Source: Minisyncoccota bacterium
Lineage (GTDB): Bacteria > Patescibacteriota > Minisyncoccia > UBA6257 > UBA9933
DNA length: 64,000 bases
Direction of reading: 5' to 3'
Assembly: GCA_041650415.1 (NCBI GenBank)
Contig: JBAZLC010000003.1
Location: 2,033-66,032, forward strand
In this document: in pieces, positions 63,158 to 64,000 of the stretch
Position numbering within the stretch: position 1 is the stretch's first letter
How the letters are laid out: every line of letters begins with the position of its first letter
Program-made: the position numbers and the translations under genes
The notes under the pieces: generated by a model
Told to the model about the DNA's origin: nothing
The model's input: the letters and a program-made list of their open reading frames with translations, nothing else
Database searches by the model: none

Positions 63158-64000
63158 AGCATTTGGCGGGAGAACTCCCGATTACATTTTTATCGTTTGC
63201 GCTTTACTGCTGACCGTTTTTGGATTGGTCATGCTTTCTTCGGCGTCTTCGGATTTGGGAAAGATAAAATTTGACGATACTTATTATTATTTAAAACACC
63301 AAATTATTTACGGATTGGGATTGGGCGCCATCGGATTTTTATTCGCTTTTTTCATAGATTACCGTTTTTGGCAAAGAATAGCAGCGCCCCTGCTTATCTT
63401 AAATTTATTTTTACTTGTTTTAGTTTTCACGCCTTTGGGTTTTTCGCACGCCGGCGCGAGCCGCTGGCTGGATTTGGGATTTATGTCCATTCAGCCCGCC
63501 GAACTGCTTAAATTTTCTTTTATAGTTTATCTTGCCGCCTGGCTGGCTCCGCGTGCAAAAGGCGCGAATAAAGACGCGCGCCAAAAAGATTTTTGGGCGG
63601 GATATTTTCCGTTTTTAGTCATTTGCGGGCTGGTGGCGGTTTTAGTCGTTATTCAACGTTCGACTTCCGCCGTGGCGATTATTATGGCGGCCGGACTTTT
63701 GGTTTATTTTGCCAGCGGCGCCAGAATTTCTTACATTCTTAGCACTATTCTTATTGGGCTTGTGGCATTTGGCCTGCTTATTTCTTTTTCACCGTACCGT
63801 TTGGACCGCGTGGAAACTTATTTTAAAATGATTACTCATTCGGAATCGATAGATTATGAATCCAGCGCTTTCCAGGTTAATCAATCATTAATATCTATCG
63901 GATCGGGAGGTTTAACCGGCGTGGGCTTCGGTCAATCAACGGCCAAATTTAAACGCCTGCCGGAACCGATAAGCGATTCTATTTTCGCGGTTATCGCGGA
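63147..64000 (+). CDS. ftsW: SEDS family peptidoglycan glycosyltransferase FtsW (3' partial)
   Basis: Hand translation: FGLVMLSSAS..YYYLKHQ, GASRW, IQPAELLK, FQVNQSLISIGSGGLTGVGFGQS, LPEPISDSIFAVIA. Confidence 0.92.
   Translation, partial: MKFKAFGGRTPDYIFIVCALLLTVFGLVMLSSASSDLGKIKFDDTYYYLKHQIIYGLGLGAIGFLFAFFIDYRFWQRIAAPLLILNLFLLVLVFTPLGFSHAGASRWLDLGFMSIQPAELLKFSFIVYLAAWLAPRAKGANKDARQKDFWAGYFPFLVICGLVAVLVVIQRSTSAVAIIMAAGLLVYFASGARISYILSTILIGLVAFGLLISFSPYRLDRVETYFKMITHSESIDYESSAFQVNQSLISIGSGGLTGVGFGQSTAKFKRLPEPISDSIFAVIA

Overview
Core-chromosome window of a small-genome bacterium, most likely Patescibacteria/CPR (Parcubacteria-like). This assignment is inferred from the absence of rpmD (L30) in the spc operon, A-rich SD-less starts in core genes, a pilin-LamG fusion and a free-standing LAGLIDADG gene beside a tRNA. 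Genetic code 11 fits. 1-19.4 kb holds mreB-rpmF-nusB-rpsD-rpoA-rplQ, tuf-rpsJ, the S10/spc ribosomal cluster through secY-adk-map, then a GT2, greA and serS. 19-52 kb is a mix of envelope/glycosylation genes, a two-component cassette with a nonsense-interrupted binding protein, typA, an ECF sigma with partner, PIN-PhoH, a DEAD-box helicase, obg, rarA and a pyrF-pyrE fusion. 52-64 kb holds NUDIX/NTase/tRNA-Gln/LAGLIDADG, dnaX, peptidoglycan genes, scpAB, mraY and ftsW. The strongest unexplained signal is non-coding. Four promoter-to-terminator units with no credible ORF fold into structured RNAs (5317-5409, 48600-48893, 61010-61237, 61310-61667). The first sits next to a nested hairpin carrying two copies of the complement of its first 8 nt. 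Several recurrent short motifs were also seen: boxA-like, AAGGTCG, GTGTGGGGTTGACAA, a 17-mer, and 7/8-nt repeat tracts. All product calls come from motif recognition by eye; no database search or folding program was run.
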